Source: Parvularia atlantis (Eukaryota). Taken from it: 64,000 bases of DNA. A model generated the notes under the pieces. The model saw only the letters and a list, made by a program, of their open reading frames with translations, did not search any database and was not told the DNA's origin. Where the stretch lies: NCBI GenBank assembly GCA_943704415.1, contig CALSCO010000506.1, positions 1-64,000 of the forward strand, read 5' to 3'. Below, one piece after another: positions 12,241 through 30,061 of this stretch (the stretch's first letter is position 1; each line of letters begins with the position of its first letter). The position numbers and the translations under genes were made by a program.

Positions 12241-13597
12241 ATGTGGGGGCGCTTGTTTGGCACAACGGCCGCCGCGGCGCAGCGCGGGCAGCAGCCGGGG
12301 CAGCAGCCGGGGCGCGTGTACCGCTACCAGTTCGCGCCCGACTACGACATGTCGGCCGAGCCGACGGTCGCGTGGACGCGCTACGTGCAGGTGCGCTGAA
12401 TGACTTTGCGCGATGTGACGCGTCAGGTCGGCACGTCACACGCGCCGCGCAGCAAACGCAGAAGGTCGTGCCCGTTGCGCCCGTCGACCCGGCAACACCC
12501 AAGTCGCCCGGCCACACGCGGTGCGCGGCCCGTCTCGGCGGCGTGCGCGCTGAGCAGCGCCGAGGCGCAGCTTTGTGTGCATATCGGACACGCACACGCT
12601 CACCAACGGGCTGAGCGTGCCCGATGGCGATGTGCTGCTGCACGCGGGCGACTTTAGCAACGTGGGCGAGCCGCAGGACATCGAGGCGTTCAACGCGTTC
12701 CTCAAGGCCCTGCCGCACCCGCACAAAGTCGGTGCGACTCGCTCGCGCCATCGTCGTCGCGCGTCTCACGCGCCCGAGCCGGCAGTCATCGCGGGCAATC
12801 ACGACCTCACGTTCGACGAGGCCAACTACCCGGACCTTGCCAAGCGCTTCCGGCATAAGAAGCTCTTCGACTGCAAGAGCGTCAAGGTGCGCGGCCGCCC
12901 GGTCGTCCTGGCATGCGCTCACGCGTGCCCGCAGGCCTCGCTCGACGCGTGCTCGTACCTCGAGGACAGCGAGACGACCGTGCTCGGCTTCCGCATCTAC
13001 GGCTCGCCCTGGTGCGCCGCGGGCCTGCACCGTGAGCCACGCCACGCCGCTCAGTGCGCGGCAAATGCAGGCAGCCCGTGTTCTGCGATTGGGCGTTCAA
13101 CCTCGACCGCGGGAAGCCGCTGGACGACGTGCGCCGTCGCACACCGCACGGCGTGTGCGTCGCCTCGCGGTTCTCACACGTGTGCGCGTGTGCGCCCAGG
13201 TCTGGTCGAAGATCCCCGACGGCATCGACATCCTCATGACGCACGGCCCGCCACTCGGGCGCGGCGACCTGCTTACGACGGACGAGCGCAGCGGGTGCTA
13301 CGACCTGGTGCGTCCTCCTGCGCGTGCTGTCGCGGCCTGACGCGGCGCGCGATACCAGCTGCGGCACGTGCAGCTGCGCGTCAAGCCAAAACTGCACGTG
13401 TTTGGGCACATCCACGAGGGTACGCGCTGCCGCCGCCACGAGCGGCGCACTGCTTGTGCTGACGCGCGTGTCGCCCGTGCGCAGCGTACGGCATCGAGTC
13501 GGACGGCGTGACAACGTACGTCAACGCGTCGACGTGCACCGTGAGCTACCGCCCGGTCCAGCCGCCGATCGTGGTCGACCTGCCGAACCGCACATGA
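12241..13597 (+). CDS. Metallophosphoesterase domain-containing protein (MPPED1/2, 239FB-like), multi-exon
   Basis: Contains CISDTH, DVLLHAGDF, VIAGNHD, IYGSPW, DILMTHGPP, LHVFGHIHEG and VNASTC. Confidence 0.92.
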
Positions 13598-13646
13598 TCG
13601 GCTTGCCCCACCGCGCCCTCTGTGTGCTGCGCGTGAGTTTGGTAAA

Positions 13647-16276
<2,630 letters not shown>

Positions 16277-16340
16277 GGAAGCCTGCGAAAGCGCGTGTCA
16301 CAGAGGTCAACTCCCTGTCGTCATTTGTCACGTTTGCGAC

Positions 16341-17309
16341 ATGCCCAGCCCCGGTGGCGCGGACGTGGACGCGCTGGTGCGCGACACCTTCGTCTGGTAC
16401 GAGTTCTTCGAGGTCGGCGGGCTCGCCAAGGCCGACGCCGCCGCCGCGGCCAAGTGCTTCGTCAGGCACGGCGTGTCGCTCGATAGCGTGCCGCTGGACG
16501 ACGCCGGCCTGCAGCACGTGGGCCTGGCCGACGCGCAGCAGCGCGCGCGCGTGCTGCAGGCCATCTTCGCGTACTTTGAAGTCGTCTCGAGCACGAGCGC
16601 AGCGGCAATGACCGAGCGCACGCCGATGCTCAACGCCGCAACGGCCCCCCGCAACTCTTCGAGCGCATCGACATCGGCAGCGCACACCGGCAGGACGGCG
16701 ATCGCGGGTTGTTCATCATTCTCAGCAGTGGTGGGCAGCGGCTACGGCACGGCCAGCAGCAGCAGCAAGGACGGCTACTGCGCGATCGGCACGCAACCGC
16801 CGCCGAGCTACTACGAATCGAGCGCGTCGCCGGCCCTGCCGCAGTACGAGGACACGCAGCCGCGCGGGGCCAGGATGCACGCGCAGGACGCACAGGACGC
16901 GCAGGACGCGGCTGGCGACGTGGTCATCCACCTTAACATATCCGAGATGGACCTGTCCAACGCGGACACCATCAGGCCGCAGGAGTACAACCCGCAGTGG
17001 GCCAACGTGATCACAGAGCGCGAGTTTGAGACGATCTTCATCGAGCAGCTGCGTGAGGCAAACTGCTTCTACACAGCGTGCTGCACTTGCGTGTGCCTGA
17101 CGTACTGCCTTCTGCACCTCACGATCGTGCTCATCCCTGTGCTCAGCTTCTGCAAGCAGTCGTGCTACGAGATGCACTGCGACGAGATCATTAGCGAGAT
17201 TCAGATGCGCCTGCACGCCGCGCAGATCCTGTTCACGATGGAGTCGCAAGACCGCAACCACTTCACTTTCCGCCTCCTGCGGCGCCTCGACAATCGCGCG
17301 TCGCAGTGA
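16341..17309 (+). CDS. Hypothetical protein with a SAM-like N-terminus, PPxY linker and Cys-rich Erf4/GOLGA7/CHIC-like C-terminus, intronless
   Basis: The N-terminus WYEFFEVGGL...LDDAGLQHVGLADAQQRARVLQAI has a SAM helix pattern. The C-terminus reads VITEREFETIFIEQLREAN followed by a CCTCVC hydrophobic segment. Confidence 0.6.
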   Translation: MPSPGGADVDALVRDTFVWYEFFEVGGLAKADAAAAAKCFVRHGVSLDSVPLDDAGLQHVGLADAQQRARVLQAIFAYFEVVSSTSAAAMTERTPMLNAATAPRNSSSASTSAAHTGRTAIAGCSSFSAVVGSGYGTASSSSKDGYCAIGTQPPPSYYESSASPALPQYEDTQPRGARMHAQDAQDAQDAAGDVVIHLNISEMDLSNADTIRPQEYNPQWANVITEREFETIFIEQLREANCFYTACCTCVCLTYCLLHLTIVLIPVLSFCKQSCYEMHCDEIISEIQMRLHAAQILFTMESQDRNHFTFRLLRRLDNRASQ

Positions 17310-17469
17310 GAACCCCCCTCGCGCCTCCCCGTGCTTGTTGTCACCCCCCTTGGCATGTGTGCGAATAGGTAGGTACGGTAGTGCTCCTTCTCTGGCACAA
17401 CGGCGAGTGTCGCGTCAGTTCGAGTCTCGCGCGCAGGCACGGCCGTGCTTGCACACAGGCGCGGCGACG

Positions 17470-20294
<2,825 letters not shown>

Positions 20295-20563
20295 CGTGTC
20301 GTGACTGCGCGTGCGTTCCTTCAATGTTTTTGCATGCGCACGCGCGTGTGCTCGCCGTCGGCTGCTCGTTGCTGTTGCTGCTGTTCTCCTGCTGCGTGCG
20401 CATCTCTTTGCTTGCTTTTTGTCCTCAACGCCCCTCCCACACCCGGCAGCCTCGCCGCGGCGCACCCACTGAACGAAAAAAAGAAAAGGAAACCCAGGAT
20501 GCGCAAGATTGTGTGCGCTTGCAAAAAATAACAGCTGCACTCTCACACAACCAGCCGCGGCGG

Positions 20564-20983
20564 TCAGAACGCCGCGCGCATGCGCCGCGAGCGCTCGTAC
20601 ATGGTCGAGTACTTGTCGGCGACCTCGTTGAGCAGGTGCACGCCGCGCGTGAGCGTCGCAAGGTAGGCCATCAGCATCACGTCGGCCTGCTCCTTGATGC
20701 TCTCGTCCTGGAACGCGTCCGACTCCATTGCGGGCAGGCGGTGGCACAGGCTGGCGATCTCGCACAGGAGCGTGTTGTCGGCGGGCATTTTCCCTGGGCA
20801 TCAGCCTGTAAGCGCACAACGCACGCCGCGCGCGCGGGCAGCGCACCGTCCCGCACGTCGCGCACGTAGTCGCGCAACACGTTGATGCGGCTTCGCAGCA
20901 TCACGATCGCGCTGCGCTGGCTCATCAGCTGCGTCACGGCTGCATTCGGCGCGTCAGCACGCGCGCACGCGGGCACTGCGGGG

Positions 20984-21018
<35 letters not shown>

Positions 21019-21820
21019 GCGCGAGTCGGACGACACGCCCGTTTCGGTCAGCGTCGCAACGTGGTTGACCGAGATGCGCTCGGCCTCGCCTGACTCGATC
21101 TTGTACGAGCCCTTGATGAAGATCTGCGCGACGGCTGTCAAGCGACGTTGCACGCGCGCGCACGCAGCGGCCGCACCGTCGCCGGTGGGTTCTGCGCGAC
21201 GTCGATGAACGACTCGTACATGGTCACGGGCAGGTCCTTGGCGCCGGGGCCCGCGTTCGTGTCGAGCAGGAGGAACAGCGGGCTCTCGTTGAACGCGAGC
21301 ATCTGCGCTCACGAGCGCGTGTCACACAGGGTCGGTCGTGTGCGTCACACGTGCACCGCACCTGCTGGTGGATGCGCACGTGCTCGGCGGTCGGCACCGC
21401 GCCGGTCGCGTACCACCCGAGGTAGTCGTACGAGGGGAAGACCTCGCGGACTGCGCCCGGTGATCAGCGCCGCATCGCGCGCATCGTCACGGCCGCGGCG
21501 ACGCACACTGCGCCTGCTTGCTCGCAAAGTACGCGCGATCAAGCACGGCGAGTTCGCCCGCGCCCTCGAACGCGAGCTCGAACGAGTTGAAGACCTCGAT
21601 GGCGCGGCCGGTCTGGACGCCGAGCAGCGCGCCCATCACTGCGCATCGGTGGGACGTGAGCCGCGAGTGTGCGGAGCGACGGGCGCGCACCCTGTGTCGC
21701 CGGGTTGCCGCTCTGCATCCGCACGCGCGTCCAGTGGTCCGATACGTTGACGAGCACGAGCGGGTGCAGCCCGATGCTCAGGCCCGACGGCGCCTCACCG
21801 GGCGCGACGATCGAGGCCAT
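20564..21820 (-). CDS. COPS6: COP9 signalosome subunit 6 (MPN domain), multi-exon
   Basis: Contains LHPLVLVNVSDHWTR, GALLGVQTGRAIEVFNSFEL, YLGWY, NESPLFLL, ESGEAERISVNHVA, AIVMLRSRI and DVMLMAYL. Confidence 0.93.
20985..21017. repeat. (CA)n/(TG)n microsatellite in a COPS6 intron
   Basis: Visible dinucleotide run. Confidence 0.9.
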
Positions 21821-22007
21821 CGCGCTGCTCTGGGACGCGCTCAATGACACGATGGCCGTAGCTCTCTTGCGTGACGCACTCTTCATCATCTTGCCACTCT
21901 GCAGCATGGAGCGCTAGACAGCTGCGACATGCGAGGACTAGACAGCGGCTATGCAGTGTGGCACAGAAGACAGGTGCGACGCAGGTGGTTTGCATCAAGC
22001 AGAAGTG

Positions 22008-23258
22008 ATGGCCGCGATCCTGCGTGCGCTGCGTGGCACGTCTACGACGCCCACGGCCTCGGCCGTCGACGCCGCGGCCTCGCCGGGCCGCTCACCCATG
22101 CCGCCCGCGCTGGCCGTGCCACCGCCGCTCGTGCTGCCGAGCGCCGCGCTCACGACGACGCTGGACGAGGCGCTGGCGGGCGAGGCGGTTGACGCACTGC
22201 GCGACTACGCGCGACAGCTACACGCGGCGCTCGAGGCGGCGGTGCGGCGGCGTCGCGGGGCCCGTGCGCGCCTGCGCGCCTGAGGTGTGCATGCGGCAGG
22301 AGCGGATGTGCGTGCAGAAGGAGACCGAACGCGCCGAGCTGGCGCGGCGCGAGTACGACCTGCAGCGCAAGCTCGCGCAGCAGAGCGAGGAGGCTGGGCT
22401 GTTGAAGGGTGCGGCGGCGCGAGGCGTGACTGTATGAGGGTAACGTGGCACGAGCGCAGATCAGGTGCGGTCGCAGTCGGAGATGATCGTGCAGATGGAG
22501 GAGGACGCGGCGGCCAAGGGCAAGCAGCTCGCCGACGCACACGCGCTCGACATCAAGGCGATCAAGCACGGGTACGAGCAGGCCATCAAGGAGCTCGAGG
22601 GCGAGGTGCGCGCCGGCACACGCGATTGCGATCGCCTGCTCATGCATCGGGCATCGCGGCAGCTGTCGGCGAGCGAGAGCAGCCTCGAGGCCGTGCGGCG
22701 CGAGGTGTGCGCGCGGCAGCACGCTTGATGGAACGGGCTGAACGGCCGCGGCAGCTCGCACAGTTCAAGCAGCAGGCCGCTGAACTGAGCGAGAAGTGCT
22801 CGAGCCAGCAGGCGTTCCTGTCCAAGGCCGAGAAGGAGAAGGCGGCGCTGGAGACGCGCGTCAGCGACATCGTGCGTCTCGCGTGCCGTGCACGGCCCGC
22901 GTCGCTGACCCGCGTGGCGCGGCGTGCAGCAAAGCGGCAAGGCCGGCGAGGTCGTCGAGCTGAACGAGCAGATCGTGCGCATCACGCAGCGCAAGGTTGA
23001 CCTGCAGGAGCAGTGCCTCGCGCTCGAACAGCGGCTGGACGAGAGCCACGTGCGCGCGCGGCCGCCGCACGCGTGACCCGCTGGCTCAGACGCACGCCGC
23101 GTGCACTGCAGGCCCAGCTCGCCGCAGTCACTGCCGAGCGCGACAGGCAACAGGACGAGATCAAGGCGCTGCAGAAGGAGGTGGCCGACCTGACGACCGA
23201 CACGACGCACCTCAAGGGCAAGCTGCGGGCGTACCTCGAGAAGGAGCTGAGCAAGTGA
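22008..23258 (+). CDS. Uncharacterised coiled-coil protein, multi-exon
   Basis: Heptad-rich exons (ELARREYDLQRKL, LETRVSDI, IKALQKEVADL...LRAYLEKELSK) are separated by GT-AG introns. No family was recognised. Confidence 0.65.
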
Positions 23259-23319
23259 TGCCCCACCAACTGCTACTTTTCTTCCCCACCTTTTGAGCCC
23301 CGCGCGCCCTCGCACGCCA

Positions 23320-24758
23320 TCACGCATCATGCTCAAACAGGTACGACACCGACTCGCCGTTGTGCGTGCGCCGGATGGCCTCGGCGAGCACGCCCGAGAT
23401 GTCGATCGTCTTGATCTTGGAGCAGAGCGCCTGGCGGGCGCGGCGCAGGCGCGTGAGCGGACGGCGCGCGGGTGGTGACAGTCGCCGCGCGCACCTGCTT
23501 GTCCTTGTGCGGGATCGTATTGGAGGCGACGACCTGCTCGAGCTTGGACTTGTTGATCTTCTCGATCGCGCTGCCCGAGAAGATGCCGTGCGTGACGATG
23601 GCGAGCACCTGCGGCAGCGCGGCGCCACATCGGCGTGGTGCCACGCGCACGGCACGGCCCTCTGGCCGCACGCACCCGCTTGGCACCGTGCTGCAGCAGC
23701 GTCTCGGCCGCGAGCCCGAGCGTGCCGCACGTGTCTGCGCGTGCGGCATGAGCCTGCGCCCGCCCGACCGCGCACAGCGAGCACACCGGCCATGTCGTCG
23801 ACGAGGATGGCGGTCTTGCCCTCGACTGCACCGACGAGGACCATGCGCGAGACCTGCACGAGGCGCAGCTGAGCACACGGCGTGTGCGAGCGGCGGCATG
23901 GCAGCGCGGCGGCACCTCGTTGGCCTTCTTGCGCTCCTTGTGGATGAGCGCAAAGTCGATGTCGAGCTTGTCGGCGATGGCAGTGGCGCTGCGCCGCGTG
24001 CTCAGCCCCCGCTGCCCCGCGGACGGCGCACGCGGCTCACCGCTTGGCGCCACCCGCGTCGGGCGAGACAATGACAATGTCGCTGGCCTTCTCGGGCAGG
24101 CTGCGAATGTACTTGAGCATGGACGGCTCGGCGTAGAGGTTGTCGACGGGGATGTCGAAGAAGCCCTGGATCTGCGACGCGTGCAGATCCATTGTGATCA
24201 CGTGGTCGGCGCCCGCGACGACGAGCATGTTGGCGACGAGCTTGGCCGAGATGGGCGCGCGGCTCTTGTCCTGCGTGCGACGCCGTGCGCGCATGAGCGA
24301 CGACTGCGAAGGCTGCACGTGCGCGCGCGCGCCTTCTTGTCCTGCCGTGCGTACGGGAAGCACGGCACGACGGCCGTGATGCGCCGCGCCGAGGCCGTCT
24401 TGCACGCGTTGATCATGATGAGCAGCTCCATGAGGTTGTCGTTGATCTGCGCGCGCGCGACGAGGCGACGTTGAGCGCGCGCTGCATGGCACCGTGTCCT
24501 CGTCTGGGCGCACGCGCCTCGCCGCATCCGCTCTGCAGGATAAACACGTCCTCATCGCGCACCGACTCGGCGATCGTGACCGACGTCTCCTGCTCGCCGT
24601 GCGCGCGCGTCAGACGAGCACCGCGCCCAACGCGCACGCACCTGGTTCGAGAACTTGGTGATGATCGCCTTGGACAGCGTGATGCCGAGGCGCTTGGCCA
24701 CGAGCTCGGCCAGCTCCGGGTGCGAGTTGCCCGCAAACAGCTTCACGTTGTTGTCCAT
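23320..24758 (-). CDS. PRPS1: Ribose-phosphate pyrophosphokinase (class I PRPP synthetase), multi-exon
   Basis: Contains [82 protein letters not shown] and [14 protein letters not shown]. Confidence 0.96.
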
Positions 24759-24880
24759 CGTGCCGACCGCGCACGTCGAAAGGAGAAGAAGTGGCGCGCA
24801 TCCGGCCACGTGGTCCTCCGCGGCCGGCCCCGCGCGCACCCACGGCCGTGCGTGCGCTGTTTCACCCGCCCGCCAATCGC

Positions 24881-25489
24881 ATGCGTCGGATCGCCCACGT
24901 GCTCATCGTTGCGCTGCTCCTCTCGCCGTTCGGTGCGCCGTGTGCGGCTTTGGTCGTGCGTCGCGCTTACGGCCAGCGTCACCGCACTGCAGCGCATGCC
25001 GCCGTCATCGCGCAGCTCAGCTCGGACGTGTCGCCCGGCGATTTATTGGTGGAGCGCATCCGCGCCGCGCGCTCGACGGTGCACGCCGCCGTGTACAAGT
25101 TCTCAGACGACAAGATCCTCGCGGCGCTCGAGGACGCGCTCGACCGCGGCGTGCGCGTGCAGATCGTGGCCGATGAAGAAGAGAACGGCGGCTCGGGCGA
25201 CCTTGCCAACGACCTCGCCAAGGCCGGCGCCCACGTGCGCCTCTTCACCGAGTCCAAGTTCTCCAAGCTGCACGCCAAGCTGACCATCTTCGACAACAGC
25301 ACGGCCGTCACGGGCTCGTTCAACTGGTGTGCCCCGGGACACCAGCAGTGCACAGCCTGACACACTCGCAGGTCTGATGGCGCCTCGACCGACAACATGG
25401 AGCTGCTGCTCACGTTCACCGACGTGGCCGACGTCGCGCGCCTCAGGACGCTCTTCGACGAGCTCTGGGCTGACGGCAGCGACCTCTGA
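24881..25489 (+). CDS. Single-HKD phospholipase D/nuclease (PLD6/Zucchini/Nuc-like), 2 exons
   Basis: An N-terminal hydrophobic segment is followed by ARSTVHAAVYKFS, ALDRGVRVQIVAD and LHAKLTIFD...TGSFNWS...NME. Confidence 0.85.
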
Positions 25490-25507
25490 TCTTGTACACC
25501 TCCTACC

Positions 25508-26609
25508 TCACAGCTGCATCGGTGTCGCGTCGGCATCCGCGTCGCCCTCGCCCTCGCCAGCGTCATCGCCAGTGAGCGTGCCCTGGTCGCCCGTTGGACT
25601 GGTCTCGGCGCTGCGTGCGGCGCTCAGTCGGCGCGGCGGCGGATCAGGGGTGCACGCACCGCTCGCCGGGCGACATCGCGATGGCCACGCTGAGCAGCGA
25701 CGAGTAGCTCTCGCTCAGCCCGGCCGGCGCAGCAGCCGCACCCAGCGCAGCAACCCCATCGGGCGACGCCGCTGCCGCCGTGGCCACGAGCTCGAGGCCA
25801 ACGCGCGGCGCAGCAGGTGGCCCGGCCGGTCCTCCTGCTGCCGCAGATGCCGCTGACGGTGCCTGCGGCAGCGGCTGCGTCTGCGCGGTATGCGGCGGCA
25901 GCGGCCCGCCAAAGGCGACGCTGCGGACGAGGTCGAGCCGCTGGCGCTTGCGGTGCAGCGTGCTCTCAAGGAACGCCTGTGTGCGCATAGGGCGCGGTTC
26001 AGCGCGCGCGCACACAAATACCCAGCCGTGGGCGCACGGCGTCGAGGCGCGGCTGCGTCTTGGTGCGGAACTGGCCGTTGCCGACGGGGATCTGCACCGT
26101 CTCCATCTCAAACGAGCCAGTCTCAATCGAGCGGTAGAGGTCGCGCAGCACGTCGATCTTGTCGCGGATCTCAAGCTGACCCTGCAGCTTGACCTTCTCG
26201 GTCATCTGCGGCGCGGCGCCGTGAGCAGGCGCGCGATCACACGGTGCCGCGCGGCCGCACCAGGTACTCCTTGATGTTCCACAGGAGCAGCAGCAGCATG
26301 ACAAACTCGCCGCTGAGTGCGACCGCGACATCGTGCGACGGGCCGAACGAGAGCGGGTCGACGCCCATCGCCGCGAGCTGCGCCGAGTAGCTGAGCGCCT
26401 CGGCGGCCGACGAGAGCACCTTCTGCGAGGCGCCGCATCGCAGCTTCAGCGTCCGCCGCCGCCCGGCGCCTCGCGTCGCGCACCTCGATCATCGACAGGA
26501 TGTTCTTGAAGCGCATCCAGTACTCGTCGCGCCGCGGCTGCGCCTGCTGCTGCTGTTGCGCCTGCTGCTGCTGCACTTTCTGCTGCGCCTGATGGGCAAC
26601 ATCGGTCAT
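25508..26609 (-). CDS. Uncharacterised protein with a Gln-rich N-terminus and helical core, multi-exon
   Basis: Exons MTDVAHQAQQ...YWMRFKNILSMIE | KVLSSAAEAL... | MTEKVKLQGQLEIRDKIDVLRDLY join via canonical introns to an acidic tail. Confidence 0.6.
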
Positions 26610-26660
26610 GGCAGCGAACCGTTCAATGACACTATGGCTGATGGCCACGTGGCTCCCCTG

Positions 26661-28204
26661 ATGGCGCACGCGCCGTCGGTTGCGCAAGCGGCCGTCCTCG
26701 TCCCGTCCGCGACCGCGGCGACGTCCGAGGTGCTGGCGGGCGCGCCGACGGTGCGATCTACCGTGCGCGACGTGCCGCATCGACACTCATGCCGGGGCGC
26801 AGGTGCGCGGCTACGCGTTTGAGCCCGCGCCCGCCGCGGTCGACTACGACGCGCTGCTGCGCTCGCTCGGCACTACCGGGTTCCAGGGCACGGCGTTCGA
26901 ACGGGCCGTGCGCGTGGTCAATGATATGCTCGCGTGGCGCCTGAGCAGCGAGCCCGTGCCCGCGGACGAGGCGGACGAGTGGCGCGACCCGGCCCGGCGC
27001 GCCGCGACGCGCTGCACCGTGTTCCTCGCCTACACGTCCAACCTGATCTCGAGCGGCGTGCGCGACATCATCCGCTTCCTGGTGCAGCACCGCTTCGTGC
27101 ACGTGCTCGTCAGCACCGCTGGCGGCGTCGAGGAGGACTTCATCAAGTGCCTCGCGCCGACGTACGTGGGCGACTTTGAGCTGGACGGGCGGACGTTACG
27201 CAAGCAGGGTGTGAACGCGTGCGCGCTGCCACGCATCGCATCGCACTCAGCGTGGCACAAGCAGGGCTCAACCGCATCGGCAACTTGCTCGTGCCCAACG
27301 ACAACTATTGCAAGTTTGAGGACTGGGTCACGCCGATCCTGGACCAGCTGCTCAAGGAGCAGAAGGAGCAGGTGTGTGCGCGACGAGCACGGCCGTGTGC
27401 CCGGTGGCCGACGCCGCGCGCCGCAGGGCATCGTGTGGACGCCGTCCAAGATCATCCACCGGCTCGGCAAAGAGATCAACCACCCGGACTCGGTCTACTA
27501 CTGGGCGTACAAGGTGCGGTTGTACGGGCGCCGCTGCTTCGTGCTGAGCTGCGCGCATGTGCTCGGCAGAACAACATCCCCGTGTTTTGCCCCGCGCTCA
27601 CCGACGGCTCGCTCGGCGACATGATCTACTTCCACTCGTACCGCAACCCTGGCCTCGTGGTCGACATCGCTGGCGGTTCGTGTGCTCACGCGCCGGCACT
27701 GCTTGCTCACTCGACGCGCACGTGGCGCAGACATCCGCGCCATCAACGACATCGCACTGCACGCCAAGAAGACCGGCATGATCATCCTCGGCGGCGGCGT
27801 TGTGCGGCGCGCCTGCTCGGTTTGCAGGACGCGCCATCTGAGGCGGTGTGCGGCGCGGCGTAGGTCAAGCACCACACGGCCAACGCCAATTTGATGCGCA
27901 ACGGGGCCGACTTTAGCGTGTACATCAACACGGCGCAGGAGTTTGACGGTGCGCGCAAGTGCTGAGTTGCGGCCGCGCTGACTGCTCTTGCCGGGCAGGC
28001 AGCGACTCGGGCGCGCGGCCTGACGAGGCTGTGTCGTGGGGCAAGATCAAGATGGACAGCCACCCCGTCAAGGCACGACGCACACGTTTGCACGCGCGCA
28101 GGCACAGCGGCTGACGCGCGCGCCAGGTGTACGGCGATGCGACAGTCATCTTCCCGCTGCTGGTGGCGCAGACGTTTGCGAAGCAGGCTACACAAAGCGT
28201 GTGA
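26661..28204 (+). CDS. DHPS: Deoxyhypusine synthase, multi-exon
   Basis: Contains [73 protein letters not shown] and [15 protein letters not shown]. Confidence 0.97.
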
Positions 28205-28250
28205 CAATACTGTGCCGTAAAGAAGCTTACTGGAGTCCCGCCAGCGCAAT

Positions 28251-29724
28251 TCATTGGTCCGTCGCGGCCCACATCGCCGCGAGGCGGTCGAGCAGCTCCT
28301 GCACCTCGGTGTTGCGCGCCTCACGCATGCGGCGGCACTCGTCCACGTAGATCAGCAGGCGGTTGCTCGGCATGCCCTGCGTGACGATGAGCGCGAGACG
28401 CTCGTGCGCGCGCAGCGCGGCGTGGTGAAACGGCGTCAGGTTCTGCGCGTGTGTGCGCGTGTCAAGCAGGCATCAGCCAGCCAGCACGTGCGCGCACCTG
28501 GCCGTCGCGCACGTCGCGGCGCAGGTTCGGGCGCAACGCGAGCAGCTCAACGACCTCGACGCGGCCCTGCATGACCGCGCTGTGCAGCGGCGTGAACATG
28601 AACGGCGCCTTGGTTATCACATTGAGGTCGGCGCCGCTCTCGAGCAGCACGCGCGCAGCGTCGCAGTGCCCCGCGAAGGCCGCGTAGTGCAGCGGCGTGC
28701 GCTCCTCGATGCAGCGCGCGTCGACGGCCTCGTCCGGCAGGCGCTGGAGCAGCCACGCGACGAGCGCGTGGTCGCCGGCCTTTGCCGCGATGTGCACGGC
28801 GGTCAAACCGAGGTCGTTGACGGCCTCGATTACGTCGTGTCTGCGCTCGTGCAGCAGGCGCACAATCTCCTGGGCGCGCACGGCGCACGCGAGGAGCACG
28901 GCCGTGTTGCCGTCGCGGTCGCGCCGGTTGAGCACCCTGTCGAGCTCGCCCTTCTTGACCGTGCGCAGGAACGCGGTGACACGCTCGACGTCGCCGAGCT
29001 CGCACATGAGCAGCAGGTTTGAGCTGAGCGCGCGGCGCCGTGCCTCGTCCAGTTCGTTCATGCGCTGCGTCAGCTCGTCCGGGAGCTCGCTCACGACCTC
29101 CATCGTGACCTGGGTCTTCTCCTCAAACAGCTTGTCCGACTGGGCCATGAGGTCGTCGCGGTGCTGCTGCAGCCGTGCGGGCGAGAGGCGGCGCAGGCGC
29201 TCGGTGGCGTCGGCGAGGAGCTGCTTGACGCGCCCAGTCTGCGCGTCCATCTCGAGCTTGCGGCTCTCCCTGGTCAGCGGCACGCTCACGCCGTCGCGCA
29301 CGATCGCCTCGCGCTGGTCCAGCAGGTCCTTGTACCCGCGCATGAACTCGCCGATCATGTCATCGATGCCCTGGTTGAAGCGCTCGTCGCGCTGCTGCGC
29401 GTCCTCGATCGCGGCCGTGCCGCCGAGCAGGTCGATCAGCCGCACCTCGAGCTCGATCTCATGCAGGCGGTCGAGCAGCTGCGCCAGCTTCTGCTCGCGC
29501 GGCTGCAGCTGCCGCTGGAAGTCCTGCTCGGCGCTGAGGCGCAGCGCTGCGGCATCATGTCACAAATCACCGCGTCGCACAACCACGGAGCGAGCGCACG
29601 CACCCGACGTCATGTGCACGAGCTCGTTCAGCCGCAGCTGCGACATCGTCGCGTCGTCGTCCAGGCGCGAGTCCGCCGCGTCCTCGCCGCGGCGGCGCAG
29701 CAAGTAGTTGAACCACGACAACAT
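28251..29724 (-). CDS. Coiled-coil plus ankyrin-repeat protein, multi-exon
   Basis: Ankyrin cores GNTAVLLAC, GLTAVHIAAKAG, RTPLHYAAFAG, FTPLHSAVMQG and LTPFHHAA follow a helical N-terminus. Confidence 0.85.
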
Positions 29725-29967
29725 CGTCGCCTGTGTGCGCTCACGGAAGTGCCCAGAAACGTCTGGAAGCGTGATGCGCGCTGCTCGCGGCGCCGGCGCG
29801 CGCGGGCCGCTGCCGACCCTCGCCGCGCCCGACGACTCGAACGACTCGATGGACGAGGTGCGTGCGCGGGCCGGTGCCGTGCGCGGGGCCGATCCGGCCG
29901 GCAGAAGGGGGGCGCGCGCGTGTCCCCTGATCGAGCGCTGACGCGTCCGCATCCCGCCCCTCTTCCC

Positions 29968-30022
29968 GCGTCCACGTCGCGTCCACGTCGCGTCCACGTC
30001 GCGTCCACGTCGCGTCCACGTC
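29968..30022. repeat. 11-bp minisatellite (GCGTCCACGTC) x5
   Basis: Five perfect tandem copies upstream of, or in the first intron of, the C9orf72 homolog. Confidence 0.95.
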
Positions 30023-30061
30023 GCGTGCGCGTTTCGTGCCACCCGCATCGCTCGCGCACCG

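Noticed and set aside
29968..30022. Tandem repeat considered as a CRISPR array
   Set aside because: The 11-bp units have no spacers, no cas genes are present, and the context is eukaryotic.
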